A stretch of 64,000 bases of DNA from Octopus sinensis (GCF_006345805.1 NC_043010.1:25172001-25236000); one strand, 5' to 3'. Shown: positions 24,113-38,292, numbered from the stretch's first letter. Translations and numbers: made by a program. The notes: a model not told the origin generated them from the sequence alone.

Positions 24113-24519
24113 TAAGAACATATGTAATAATGTAATCTGATATATACCAAATCTGAAAAAAAGAAAATTGCGAGAAAGTTTGCTCATACTTAGGCAAAAT
24201 ACAACCCAGAATAGTGAAAATATAAAAGTTTATAACTCAGAGATAAAAGGATGGAAAATATCAAGGAGAAAGTAAATAATAATATAATGGTTTCTCATTT
24301 AAGAACAAGACCAGCAATTTTGAGGTGACCATCGATTCTTGTACTTGGCTAATATTTCATTTTATCGACACTGAAAGGATAAATTGACCTCGCAGGAAAT
24401 TGAATCCAGAACAAAATGACATATCACAATGTATTCCCCAAGCCCAATTATGTTTTTAACTGCCACCCAATTATGTTTTTAACTGCCACCGAGCAGTTGG
24501 CTGTAGTGTTAAATAAATG

Positions 24520-24705
24520 GTTTCTAATTTAGGTACAGTTCTGAGGGGTGGGATATAATCGAAACCATCGATCGCAACACTTGCCTGCTGTATTTTATCG
24601 ACTTAGAAAAGATGAAAGGCAAAGTTGACATCGGCAGAATCGAACGTAGAACATAAAGAACCAAAAGAGATGCCTCAAAGTGTATTCTCCGACGCTCTTG
24701 CGATC
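24520..24705 (-). mobile_element. tRNA-derived SINE, family B
   Basis: aaagatgaaaggcaaagttgacatcggcagaatcgaacgtagaac matches the family B signature. Confidence 0.7.
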
Positions 24706-25330
24706 ATCATATTTTAGAGAATGGAAGTAAGCGATTTTTCTTTTCCTTTCCCTAGGTCTAAGTAAGTATAATAAACAACGTGCATATTTTGTCTTTTCAA
24801 AACAGCGTCTTGTTTGTAGCTTCCTGAATAGAGATTTTCATCGTTAACTCTCAACAGTCTACAAGTTCAATATCATTTGAGCAAGTGTTAATAGACTTAT
24901 TTCGTGTACACTACAATTTCAACAAGTAGGTCAAGTTTATATTTTTGTTTTATTTTTGTTTCTTCCTCATATATATATTTAATTTGAAGTCGTTCTCAAA
25001 AGAGAAAAACAAAAATATGGTCTATTTTTGTAATTGTTTCATTTTACATTTTTGCACAGCCAAGGCCTCTTCCTTCAGAAGATTGCATGACAATTGCGTG
25101 CGAAGGGAAGTGCTTATATTGTAGTGAAACCGAGACCTTGAATGCAAGGCGTTTGCGAAAGTTAAAAAAAGTTGAATAAAATAAGTACTATCCGCTGGTT
25201 ATAAAAAAAAAAGTACAAGGCGAAAGAAAACATCAGTTCAATGACTTATTAAAATAAAATTTTAGTCATTTCGGTAAATACGGATGACAATCTTCTTCCG
25301 CTAATCATACTATTGAGCATACTCCCTATT
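24700..25330 (+). promoter_or_regulatory. Candidate promoter and 5' exon region of FANK1
   Basis: Locally higher CpG retention than the flanks; cluster of + strand splice signals (donors 24727, 24762, 24927; acceptors 24755, 24804, 25059) about 3 kb upstream of the first conserved exon. No transcript evidence. Confidence 0.35.
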
Positions 25331-27359
25331 CTTTCATGTTTTCAACTTCTTACATTTTTATTTTTTCTAACTTTTAGCTAGTCTTATTCACTTTTATTTT
25401 TTTTATTGTTTTCTCCCTGCATGCATGTATGCATAAAGTCAACAGCCATCTAATAATGTGTGCACAAGCTTCGTTCTGCTATGGGCAGTAATAGTTCCTG
25501 CACAATCATACACAAACAGGTGACTTTGGTGTAGTAAACAGTGGCTGCGACGAAGATTGATTGACGCGTTTTCAGCAATGAGCAGACATGACAGTTTCAA
25601 TCAGAACCTAACCATGAGAAGAACATAGGCATGGTATACCTCCTTACTGAGAGTGGTGGATACCAAAACTCTGATGTAAAACCTGCGACCCGATGGCAGC
25701 CAATGATTTTTGACAAGTTCTTTTTTGAGTATTTATTGTTCAGAGAGTGGGATTGGTTGTGTGCAAGGCCTCTCCTCACTTTAGAAAGCATCATGCACAC
25801 GCATCTCTTGACATACCGGCATCGTCATCTTATACTCAAGAATGAGGAAGCAGCCCTCATGCATGTATGCTGTGGATGTTTATTAACAGATAAAATAATG
25901 TAACCATATAACTTTGAGATAAACTACTTGAAAAAGATGCTGACAATCTTAACTGTGTGGTAGGCACCTTAGATTTCCGAAAATGGATAGTCCCATGGGG
26001 TGTTAACACATCTCAATCCAAAAATGATTATAGTGCTACAATTTTGTAAAATATTGGGATCTTTTCTATTTGGTTTTTTGAAATTTTAAAACTAAGTGAA
26101 AATGTTCAAATTTAGTATATTGATGTCATTTTTGACATTGAATCTGATGTTAGTATTCACTTGTTGCAGAAAAATGTTACAGAGGTTTAAAGTTTGATTA
26201 TTTTTACCCAATCAGAAAACAAGATTGGAACAAAATTAAAGGAACTAAAAAGTGAAAGCCAAACAAAAGAGCCAAATGTCATGCTGCTGAAAAAAATAAC
26301 ATAACAGGCAATCTCCATTACACTATACATTAAATAAAAACTTGAACTTAAGATACAATTATTCACTGAAATGAAAATTATAGTAGATTTGTTGCATAAA
26401 CATACTTTGTAAATTGTAGGTGAAACACACCAATACAATAATAGAGAAAAGTTTTATTCATCAAAAGTAGCAACAATATATTTCCATGAATCGAAAAGGA
26501 AAGAAAAATTATTGTGAGCTCATTGTTTCGCCATTATGTTCACTCTGATTCATCACCTGTTGAAGGCAAAGTGACATTTGCCTCCTGTGAAAACTGCATC
26601 ACACTGCATGCTACACACTCTGAGTCAAGACTAGATCAAGACAGTAGTGGGAGGGAGCAAAAGAAACAAGTTTCCAATTAGGAATTAGCACTCTAAAAAT
26701 AACAAAACTCCCCATGTGGCTAACGCAGGGTTAAGTTGGTTTGGAAATGATAATTCACTGAGAATTGTTGCAGCCAATCCTTCCAAAAGATGGTTAAGTT
26801 GCACTTCATAAAAATATTTTACAGAAATTTTCCTGGAGAACATGCATTTTTTAAAAAAACTTGAATAATTCATGCTATTACTTTAAAAAAGTTATTTTTC
26901 TAATCAGTGATGTTTTGCAGTGATTGAAGGATATAATATTCTTAGCTTTTGTGTCAGGAGCTAAAAAGAACAAATTTCAGAAACTTACCCCTTGAAAGAA
27001 TTTTATAAAATTTTTCACTTTGAAGACACCAAAGTGCAACCCAAAATGTGGAATATACATATATACATTCACTTCTATGTGTGTTTGTAGAGAGAGAAAG
27101 AGGGGGAGGGGAAAACCAGAGTTTCTATGGAACAACTAAATGTGGTTGGTGCAACGTCTCATCCAGATGATGAGTAACGGAGTGTTAAATAGGTTTATAA
27201 AAATGAGACAGACCTAGACAGACAGAAAGAAGTAAATAGCATAGCCAGAAAAGAAGCTATACGAGCAGTATACTTAGTAAAAGTAAGGTAGAAACAATGT
27301 TCTTATATCATTTGGCATGAAGGTTAGAGACGCTAGATGTTCGGAATAGTGAGACAGTG

Positions 27360-27660
27360 TATGAGAGGAAATCAAAATGTTGCCAAGGAAAATTGTATAG
27401 GGGATAATAATGGTACACTTGCTCTTGATGACACTCAAAAGAAAGAGTGCTAATCTGAGAAGCTGCTGAATGTGGAAAATACATTGGAGAAAAGAAGTCT
27501 ACCACAACTAGATCAGAAGTATTCTTCATTCAAGTTGATTGCAGTAAGGTAGAAAGGGTGATAAAGGATTTGAAGGTAGGTGGAGCTGTGGGCCCATTGC
27601 AGAAAGTCATGAATAGTTGCTTCAAATATCCGGCATAGAAGAATTTGGTTCAGTCAATCA
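27360..27660 (+). mobile_element. Old RTE LINE relic (region preceding the RT)
   Basis: ENCIGDNNGTLALDD...KLLNVEN...IKDLKVG resembles the RTE linker. Confidence 0.55.
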
Positions 27661-28177
27661 GTCAACCAAGTTATTGCAAAATTGATTAGAAACTGGATTA
27701 GAATAGAAGAGGTGTATGTTCCAAGTTCAAATCCAGACAAAGTTGACTTTGAACTTCATCTTTCCCAGGAACAATAAATTGATACAAGTAAAGCACTGTA
27801 GCTATTACAAAATGCTTACTCTTGTGCATCTGTTTAGAAATAATTATCATTAGTTCAGTTTCTGAAGGAGTTCACTCATCCTTCAACCCTCAAGGGCTGA
27901 TAAGGTAAATTTCAAGGATGGACTCTAAGAGGTAAGATGATTCTATTTTCTTTCCCTTGAAATCTACAGTTGTCATGTATATCTATGGTTATAATTATTC
28001 ATTGTGTCCTTTATTTCAAGTAGTGGAGTGTGGGTAGAAGATTTAACTTCTATTTCTAGTAAACTGAATGACTTTATTTGGGCTCCTTTTCAGCTTGACA
28101 AATTTGTATTTTTTTTTTTTGGCCAGTGTAAAGAATTCTAGTTATTTTTTATATTTTTTATTTTTTTCTTAGAAATT

Positions 28178-28356
28178 ATGGAAATCTTAGAGGCTAAAGT
28201 AACTTCTTCAGGCCATTATTCTGTACATCTTAACTGGTCTTCCTCTCTGCTTCAGTTCAAATATGAGCTTTTATGTGAAACAGAGAGAATCTATACTGTG
28301 GTACAGAAAATCGAGGGTAATATTGCAGAAAAGGACAAGTGGCAGATTGCATATAT
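28178..28356 (+). CDS. FANK1: FANK1 coding exon 1 (FN3 N-terminal half); acceptor at 28172/28173, ATG at 28178
   Basis: MEILEAKVTSSGHYSVHLNW...KWQIAY; polypyrimidine-AG acceptor, AT|GTGAGT donor (phase 2). An upstream coding exon is possible. Confidence 0.85.
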
Positions 28357-28916
28357 GTGAGTACCTCTACTTGTTATGATTTCACTAGTAGGATAGATAC
28401 CTTTCAAAAATAAAGGAATATTTCATTTGTCTGAAAATCAAAATTGATGTCTTTGGGACTTTTTAATAGTCTAGTCAGGGGGCTATACTCTTTGCACATC
28501 CTCCAAGACTGGTAAGAGTGATGTGGTTGATGTTCATCTTGAGCAACTACATGAAAATATGGTTGGGATCAGATTTTCTGAAGTTTGACATCACAACACC
28601 CAATCTATCAAGGGATTGGTCATTGTGGTTACTGTGGGGCCTGGTAAGGAAAACACAATATGGGTGTCACGAGGAGGAGAGACAGGTATGTCAAATGAAC
28701 ATTGGTGGATGTGATATGCAACTAGCTCCTCTCCAAGAAGGGACTGTTATATAGAGGTAGAGAAGAAGAATTTCAACCAACTCATCATTCCACCATCCTC
28801 AGTTGTAACACAGCTGAATTATTAAGACTACTTATGTGTGACAGGAAAAAAGAGAGACTCACATACAACACTTATCATAATAGCCAAACTATACTGGCTT
28901 GTTACTTTTATTACAG

Positions 28917-29044
28917 AGGATATGGTGAACATACAGTTGTGACGAATCTTAATCCAAGTCAAGAGTACCTGTTTAGAATTCGATTTCATCGAAGTGATGA
29001 TGTTTACTCTGCCTGGTCACCTTCAACAAAAGCCATCACAGAAA
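28917..29044 (+). CDS. FANK1: FANK1 coding exon 2 (FN3 C-terminal half)
   Basis: GYGEHTVVTNLNPSQEYLFRIRF...SAWSP (FN3 L-P-x-x-x-Y-x-F-R motif); ttacag acceptor, A|GTGAAT donor (phase 1). Confidence 0.92.
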
Positions 29045-29213
29045 GTGAATAAACGTCTTAAATTACTTTTATTTTATACATTTTCATTTCTTTTATATTT
29101 TTACTGGCTCCAATCAGCTGAGTGTTGCCATGCCGAGGCTCTGATTCATTATTGTAATTTTTTAATTCTTTTATTTTTTACATTTATGAATTTTTAACAA
29201 TTTAGTTTTAGTA

Positions 29214-29245
<32 letters not shown>

Positions 29246-32019
29246 GTATGCATACATGTATGGTTAGCATTGTTATCTTTGAAATCATCATCACTACTAT
29301 AGTAATCCCACTTATCATAATCATCACCATTATTTTCCAATTTCTCACTTCCATCTTCCTCCCTTTACCTTTCCTTCCACATCATTATGATCATGAAGCT
29401 CATTATCTTTGCTCTGATCATTAATTTAGGTTTCTTTTACCTTTTTAGCATGGATTCTGCTAGTTTACAATACATCAGCCTGCCATGCATCTTGGCTCTT
29501 CCTTATCTCTTCTGTAAGAGATCCCATGTTCTCAGTCAGCAACCTGAGCTGCTTCTTCTCAAGTCTTCTTTGTACCTCAACTGTCTCCTGTTTCTGCTTT
29601 GAGGACATATCCGAAGACATTTTAGGGGCACATATGAGCTGGCAGAAACGTTAGCACGCCAGGTAAAATGCTTCATGGTATTTTGTCTGTCTTTACATAA
29701 AGTTGAAATTCCACCGAGGTTGACTTTGCCTTTCATCTTTTCAGGGTCGATAAATTAAGTACTAGTTACATACTGGGGTTGATCTAATCGATTGGCCCCC
29801 TACCCAAAAATTTCGGGCCTTGTGTGTAGAGTAGAAAAAAAAAAGACTTTCCAATTTTCAATACTGACATTGACTGGACAGGTTATCATGATCTAAATCA
29901 GTTCTTATGTGGAGTTATTGTGTTCCAAGACAAGTCAGGGACCACATCACAGCTTTTTTATATTCCATTTTATGATGTAGCTTCTATGATTGCATTTCTT
30001 TCCCATCATCAACTACTTCACAGAACAATCTAGGTGCATTTTATTATCGACCATACTAAAAACTCCAGGGAGGTTGTCTCATCCTCAACAAGATTAAAAA
30101 GATTCATTTCTTTCTTGTATTGTCTCCATTTACTCATTCTATTTTTTCCATACAATCAGTTTTATTCCTTTTATACACACTGGGTATATAGAAAAAAGAC
30201 ATTTTCTTTAACATCACCACTACCAAAGATTAGTCTACTATTGGTTTAAAGAGCCTCTTCACTTATTATCTGTCTTGACTAAAAAGTCCTTTCATTCTGT
30301 ATGTGTTTGTATTCTTCCTACTAACATGTCAACATACTAAGCTATCAAAAAGTTCATAGTAGCAGTACTACTACTGTTACAAGGATAGCATTCATATTAG
30401 TCTATTGATGCAGCCTGTTATGGCAGGGGATCTTATTGAGAATGTTTAGTTATTAGAAGACTCATAATGGCAATGAAGATTACTATATATGAAGATTGTT
30501 GCTGTACTGGTTACCTTAGGACTTGGATGGTAAATGTTTATTAGGCTGATGCTCTCTCTTTGGCACCAGATAGAATATTTTGGTTAGAAGAGTAGGAAGT
30601 TAACATGTCAGAAAGATGCCTATAACTAGGATGGTGGGATAAACTAACCAGCTAGTGTAGGAAAACATTGGTTAACACATTGTTATTTTCTGTCATATAA
30701 AGACAGCATAGTTGGAGAAAGAACAAATGATATAAGAGAACCAGAATGATAGGAGTGAAACATTGATAAAGAAGAAAGGAATAGAAGAGAACCACAGTGA
30801 TAGGAGTGATAAGAGTCAGAACAAAAGAGCGATGAAAAAGGGAGTAATATAAAAAAGAACCAAAGGAAAAGAAGAAAAAGTAATAGAAGATAGTGTGTGC
30901 CAGAGCCACATGACAGTTGTTGGTTAGGAGATAGTATAGAAACAACATGATCCAGAGGATAATAGACGAAGGGTAATAGAAGAGAATTGGAGCAAGCTGG
31001 GTTTAGAATAGTAAGTATTTACTGATAACCACTCAAAAATGAACCAGGAATGGAAATTGTTTTGTCAGCCAGGCAGGCTGAGGCAAATAGTCATATTCTT
31101 TGTTGAGGGGCAAAAGTCGCTCTTATTCCCATATTGTAATTCCTTCATTGAGTCCCAAGGACTGTGACTATGGCATGTCTTAGGCATTTTAGTCTTAGCA
31201 GAGCACATCCCACTACATGTCTGACCACAACTGGTTTCTATCAGAAAGAAAGAGTTAGAGAAAAAGAACCCCAAAAGGATGAAAGGCAAAGTTGACCTTG
31301 GCAGGATTTGAGGATTCTGGCTGAGAGCCAGAACAATTACTACAAAGAATCTATCCAATCTCCTAATGACTCTGCCATGTGACCACATGATGGGAAGAAT
31401 TCAATGATTGTTGTTGTTTAACCACCAAGTCAGCTCGATCTATGATCAAATATATTCCAGCTGCAACCACCTTGTCTTTTATTTCAGACATAGTTATCTA
31501 GGACTACACTATGCTATGATTTTGATTGATTTTGATTTTTCCAGTTTCAGCTAATGAGCTGTGGCCATGCTGGGGCACCGCCATGTTTATTTCTTTTTTT
31601 AAATATAGTAGAAAGACACTATACAGCCACTCAACTTGCTAGATACAGCAACTAAATTTCACTCAAATCACATAGTACCATCTAATTAAAAGTAAGGACA
31701 GATTAGATACTGTATCCCTTGACACCTCTAAAAAAACAAGATAGTCTGGTCACTACTGGAATGCTTTGGTAAAAAATCACTTCACACATGTTTGGCCTCA
31801 GACTAAACCACAACTATAAAATTCTTCCTTTTGCTTTATTTTTTTTATTTGAGTGCATGTGTGTTTGTTTATGGAGGGTTAATAAATGGATTGTTTCCAG
31901 TACAAGACTCTAGGAACAGTCTCTTAAAATTCTAGTGATAATATTTATTTAATCAAGTAATTAAATAAATAAAGGACTCATTTATTTATTAAATTCAGTT
32001 CCGTTTCTTTTTTCTACAG

Positions 32020-32101
32020 AAGAACCATACTATGGTGAGAACTTACATGATGCTGTGAGCCAACAGGAATTTCAAGAAATTCATAATGTGTTGCAATCTG
32101 G
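32020..32101 (+). CDS. FANK1: FANK1 coding exon 3
   Basis: KEPYYGENLHDAVSQQEFQEIHNVLQSG; tttctacag acceptor, GG|GTGAAA donor (phase 2). Confidence 0.9.
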
Positions 32102-32289
32102 GTGAAATACCATGTTTTTTCATTTATTTTTTTACTTTTATTATTCTAATAATAATCATCATCATCATTATTATTTGTACATTACCTATCATTTCATGAA
32201 TAGAATATATAATATTCTGTTTCATCAAAATATCGCTAAACAAAAAAAAATTACACAAATGGATACACACACACACACATATATATACC

Positions 32290-32580
32290 ATCATCATCAT
32301 TGTTTAACATCCACCTTCCATGCTAGCATGGGTGAGGTGATTTCACAAGAGCCAGCCAGGTGAAAGCCTGCACCAAACTTCTGTGACTGTTTTGGCATGA
32401 TTTTTACAGCTGGATGCCCTTCCTAACACCAATTATTCAGCGGCATGGACTTAGTGCTTTTTATGTGGCTCAAGCACAGACAAGGTTTTTGCAGCTGGAT
32501 GCCCTTCCAAACACCAACCACTTTACAGTGTGGACTGGGTGCTTTTAAGTAGCATCTGCACTGACAGGGTCACCAAGTAC
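32290..32580 (-). mobile_element. RTE 3'-end fragment in the FANK1 intron
   Basis: catcatcattgtttaacatcc...ggatgcccttcc matches the RTE 3' UTR. Confidence 0.8.
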
Positions 32581-33349
32581 TTGCAAGACCAAAAAAAAAC
32601 TTTCAAGAGGGGAGGAGGCATTGGAGCAGGTGATCTTATGTTGGATGATGAAAAGATTACAGTGAAATAGACACAGTTGTCTTGCTGTAGAGGAAGTACA
32701 ATGTTACCCGGCCAAAGATAGGAAGATCAGGAATGAAGACAGAAACAGGTGTACTACCGCAAAGGAAATACATGGTTTCCAAACCCGAGGGAAGTGCAAG
32801 AGGAGAAAGAGTGGAAGACAGCAGGATAGAGATGATGGCAAAATGTTGGGCATACTCACAAGGAACAGTGATTAGAATATAAATGGGATTGAGTAAAGGA
32901 AGAGAGAGATATAGATGGTGGCAAGTGCCAGGGCATACCCTTGAGATTCAAATGCCATAATATAAGTGGCAGGATATTGCAAAGGGAGTGTGATTAAAGA
33001 ATGTGAGTTGGTGGGGTTACTGGATAGCAATGACACAGAGGAACAGGATTGGGGAGTGAGAACTTGGCATATTGTATGAAGGAGTTATGTGTGGGTGGAA
33101 CACACAGGTTGTGGACTAGTAGATAGCAATAATAGAGTGAGATGGAGCAAGTGGGTAGAACACACAGATTGGGGGCAAGCGGAGAGCAGCAATACAGTGG
33201 CACAGGGCAAAGAGGACAAGATTGGGGAGTGGGAGGTAATCAAAATACATGAAGTGGAAATGTGAGGAAGAGAAGAGATGTAGTTTGGTTTTTTGTGGCA
33301 GAGTGTGAAAAGTTTTTTTGTTAGGTGTGGGTGGGACACACAGCACTTC

Positions 33350-33940
33350 TAGAACTCAGTTTCGCTGAAGTGGGTGGGTCTTCTCAAGAACTTCATATTG
33401 CCAGACATCTTGGTCCATTGTCATTTCCTCCGTGAGGCCCAACTTCCTGAAATCGGTCCTTACCACTTCATCCCTTATTTTCTTATTTGAAACCTCAGCC
33501 CATTCAAAGTATCTTGGATCGCAGGAATGCCTGTGGAGTGACCTGCTGTGCTTGAGGAGACCTATTAAGTCAAGTACATCAACATCAAAATAAAAATCAA
33601 ATGGAATTGTAGTTGTGATACCCATGTCTGTGGCACGTAAAAAGCACCATCCAAATGTGGCTGATGCCAGTGCCACCTTGGCTGGCTTCCGTGCCGGTGG
33701 CATGTAAAAAGCATCAACCAATCATGGCCATTACCAGCCTCCTCTGGCCCATGATGGTGGCACATAAAAAGCACCCACTACACTCACAGAGTGGTTGGCA
33801 TTAGGAAGGGCATCCAGCTGTAGAAACACTGCCAGATCAGACTGGAGTCTGGTGCAGCCTCCTGGTTTCCCAGACCCTGGTCGAACCGTCCAAGCCATGC
33901 TAGCATGGAAAACGGATGTTAAACGATGATGATGACGATC
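33350..33940 (+). mobile_element. RTE 3' end with inverted 5' segment (33350-33490 on the minus strand)
   Basis: Minus strand DEVVRTDFRKLGLTEEMT...LEKT* abuts the + strand 3' UTR ending (GAT)n. Confidence 0.75.
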
Positions 33941-34608
33941 ATCATCATCATCATCTTAATGTCCACTTTTGTATGCTTGCATGAGTTGGGTGAGATTTGT
34001 GGAGGTGGATTTTCTACAGCCAGATAGCCTTCTTGTCACTAACCTTTACACATTTCCAACTTGTTTTTAAAAACCTTTTAGCAAAGCTTATATCAGTTAT
34101 ATGAAGGAAAATAATCTAAGAATTCAGAGAAAATATGTTATTATCAACATGCTATTCTAATAGCCTTTTTTTTTTGCTATCTTTATATCTCATCCACACT
34201 CACAAGGATCTTTATATCTCATCCACACTCACATCAGAATCACTATTTCTGTTGCTATTATCATTTTCACTGCCATTCTTATCATCACTGCCAGCATCAT
34301 CATATCATCATAGACATTTCTATTCTGACGGTGTTGGCAGCAGCAGCAACAGTGGTGGTGATAGCAGCAATAACATTGATGACAGTCATGACATTGATTG
34401 GCCTAACAATTAGGATTAAAATGAGAGCAATGGAGATGAATAATATTGATAATCATGATCATAAATAATAACGATGATAAATATTTTAATAATTATCATG
34501 TATGATATGCATAAGGAATTGTGTTTGTTGGTTTTGTAATAATTATCAGTATTTACAAAAAATAAGATTTTGATTATATTACTGATAAGTTTCCATAATG
34601 CATTACAG

Positions 34609-34683
34609 AAATGTCAAAATTGATGTGCCAGATAATGAAGGTCTAAGTGCATTAATGAATACAGCAAGACAAGGCCAAACTGA
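34609..34683 (+). CDS. FANK1: FANK1 coding exon 4 (ankyrin)
   Basis: NVKIDVPDNEGLSALMNTARQGQT; cattacag acceptor, GA|GTGAGT donor (phase 2). Confidence 0.92.
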
Positions 34684-37600
34684 GTGAGTAGCCACTGTAT
34701 ATTTACAGTTTTATAGTGTCTATAATGCCTGGTATTGTAAATGAAATGGCAAAGTGGTAAGATATAAAACTACCTGTCTATACATTTTGAGTTCAAACCC
34801 ACTTCAGATATTTTATTGTCTGTTTGGACAGGAGAGTAAATTCAAGTCTCCCTCAGTTCACCTATACATTAAAAGTAGAAAACAAATCATACACAAATGT
34901 TACTGTTACCCAAGATAGACTGGCATCATTTCCAGAGACAGATGTAGCTCAAATCGGCATGTGACATGAACCCCACAATATATAGTGAAAGTTAAAATAC
35001 ACTGGCTTAAAGACATTTACTTTTAAGAATTATGTTGCCTTATGATTTGTGTGTGTGTGTGTGTAGCTTTTTTATATTTGAATTGCTTTGTGCTTATAGT
35101 GTGTATAATGGCTGTGTTGTTATGGGAAGATTTTGTAGTTATTGTGTGTCCATGTATGTGTAAAAGTTCTTGTATGTATGATATGCATAAGGAATTGTGT
35201 TTGTTGGGTGTGTAATGTCAAGAATCTCTGGTCTACATAATATTTTGTATAATGTCATGTATTTATAGTGTGTTTAAGGTCTTGTACTTAAGGTTTTGTT
35301 GTTATAGTATGTATAAAGTATAGTGATGTGCTAATTCTTGTGAGTTATATAAAGCTTAATCATATATGTGTTAAGTTGTATCATATGTACAAGTGTAGCA
35401 GTGCTTAGCATTTTAAACCTCGTCAGTCCAGTAATGAATAAAGACCACGACATGTCAAGTGATCTTAGTCTATATTTCAGCCAATCATTGTTCTGGTGTG
35501 TTTGTATGGCGTGGGGAAACAGAAAATTCCACGTAGTTACATGCCAAATCATAGCTATACAACCGCAGAGATTTCTCTTGGTTAACCAACAACTATGCCT
35601 GCCTGACTTCATGTTAAAAGATCTCTCACCAAGCATGCATTTCTTCTGTCACACACTAGCTACTGGTATTTGGCATAATGGCTTCTGCAAAGTAACTATT
35701 GTAACATTGGTCTATAAATAAGTATGTTTATAACATCAAAATATTGTAATTGGTTTATTTGGGAGCAGCATGCAACCAGACCAGATAATACAGCTCCCAG
35801 CTAACCAACTCAACAATTGATCTCTGACAAAGCAAACCAACCCTACAACTCGTAACCTTGATGTCAGAAACAGCAGCAAATATGAATCAAGTCAACACTA
35901 GTGATCCCACAACACCAGCAGCTAAATAACCACTTCCTCAACTAGTGACTGTGACAGCAAACCAACTCCACACACACTGGTAACCTCAGCAGTGAAAGTT
36001 CAAGCTCCACAGTGAAAGCGAGTTTTCAAATTGATAAAGCCTGATATTCAACACAACAAATAAGTTATTACTACACTTCCACAAATTGGTTACCAGACCG
36101 CTAGAAATGGCTGCTAGCATGGAAACCCAACAGTTGAACTTCACAGACCAGCTTGGAACCAGTGACAGCTGTTTCCAACACAGTTCACAAGTCAACAAAA
36201 TGCAACTAAACAACTGTTCGTACACAGGACTACACATAAGAAATTAAAGAAGCTTGCAGTTTGTCTACACGCATGTAATTTTCATCTTCTCTTGTCCAGA
36301 ACTTCAGAATCAGCATTTTGTGCATAATTCCAGCTGTTCTTATTTTCTTTCCTCTCTATTAATCCAATATCTTGCACTTCATTTCATTCTGTTAAAAATA
36401 ATTTCTTCCATGCAAACTTCATTCATTCTAATGCTAGCACACTTATAACCTTGCAATAGAGTTATGTTCAAAGTTAATACTACATTCATTCTCTGCAGAC
36501 CTAGTTGCATACAATTATTTCACATGCATGCATCTTATCATGGTGTTCCATTCTCTTTGGCCAATTACATATTATCCATCATGCATTCACACTACACACT
36601 GTCCTCTTGTAATGGTTTTTGCTTCATACTTTTGCATGAATGTTTGCAGTTTTCTCAGGTTACTTAATTTTTGCTACACTTTTCTTTATGGCATAAACAA
36701 CATGCATACATCTACTGCTTGCTTTACATCCAATTACATGCAAGCATCCCATGATTTGTGCCTTCAGCAATTTGTTCCCATGTCTGTGTCAACACTTCTC
36801 TTCCCATCCACTAGCTGTTGGTATTTGGCATAATAGTTTATGTAAAGTAACTATTGTATCATCAATCTGTAAATAAACATGATACCTAAAATCAAAATAT
36901 CACACTTGATTTTATATGGTAGTAGCACACAGCCAGGCCAAATAATATAACTACCAGCAGACCAAGACCACAAAAGTATTGCAGTGTATATGGATTTTAT
37001 TGTAGTGTAATGTGTACATATACAGACAGACTGTAAATAAAATTCATATGCTGGATTTTGAAGCTTGGTAACATAAAATATTGTTGTGTAATTTAAATTT
37101 AAGTCTTTTTGTATCATTTAGTGGCATATATCATCTTACAATACCTATTCATTTTTTATACTGTATGCATTTTATATTGCATGTATTATATAACCTTACA
37201 ACAGCACATTATTATTATCTTATATCAACAGAACAAATTAAGTACTTCCTACCAGTGACTAAAGGATTAGAATATCTCAGCCCAATCTACCACATAATTG
37301 AAAATTGGTCTTACTGAATTCTGGATTGAATTTTGTCCAGAATAGATCTCTGTTTTGACTATGAGTAGTCCAGTTTTTCAATCAACAGAATCATCTACTC
37401 ACTTACATATAGTGCAGGAGCTTGAATATTCTACAGACATATTCTGCAGACATTGTACCATTAATGTAATTTTCATGTTGAATTAGCTTAGTATAACACT
37501 ATCAGGCTCCCACATGGTTTCTGCTACTCAATTTCATTCACAAAGCTTGGGTCAACCAAAACATATGTTCAGGTGCTATGCACGGAAACTGAACCTGGAG

Positions 37601-38292
37601 TATCTTGTTCAAAAGCAAATTTGACCATTCAGCTATTGCTGATGACGTGTTAAATATTGCTTATTTCATGATACACTAACAAACTTTGTAGTTTGCTCTT
37701 TAATGAGCCAATTCTTGCCAATGAAGGCTATTGCTGACCATTTGTCAATTTAATTTTATGTAGAAACAAATGTGATAAATGACAGAATGGTTGGTGGGAA
37801 ACAACAGAATGATTAAAGCAACAACTTGACTTGCAGTATTTATTTATGCTCTTTTATATTCTGTGTTGAAATCCTACTTAGACTGGCTTTGCAATTTAGT
37901 TTTCAAGGACTACAGAAATAGTACAGGATATCATCATAATTAACTACATCCTTCAAAAAAATTTTAAGTTTTTGCATATATTAAAAATTGTTATTTAGTC
38001 AGAGGAAGAGGGAAAGTGCCTACAGTCCTTTCTGGTCCTCTCTAGCTGGTGAGGTAATATGGTTGATGTTCAGTCTGAACTTCTGCTGGTTGATGTTTGT
38101 TGGGAGAGAGTTTTCAGAAGATTGTGGTTCATAGAAAGATAAATTTAAATATAGTCTAATGTATTATATAATCAGCTGATCAACTGATCCTGTTACTCGC
38201 TGCCCTTTGTTTTTCATTCTAACAATCAATCTGTATTGTATTGTAGCTATATTAAGTAACCATATCCTAAAGTGTTTTCTTTCTTATTTTAG

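Noticed and set aside
25597-25903. Overlapping 67-aa and 90-aa ORFs near the putative promoter
   Set aside because: No recognisable domain and no consistent splice path to FANK1.
32990-33345. Degenerate roughly 70-bp minisatellite-like repeats as a CRISPR-like array
   Set aside because: Repeats are highly diverged with no constant repeat/unique spacer pattern, in eukaryotic intronic context.
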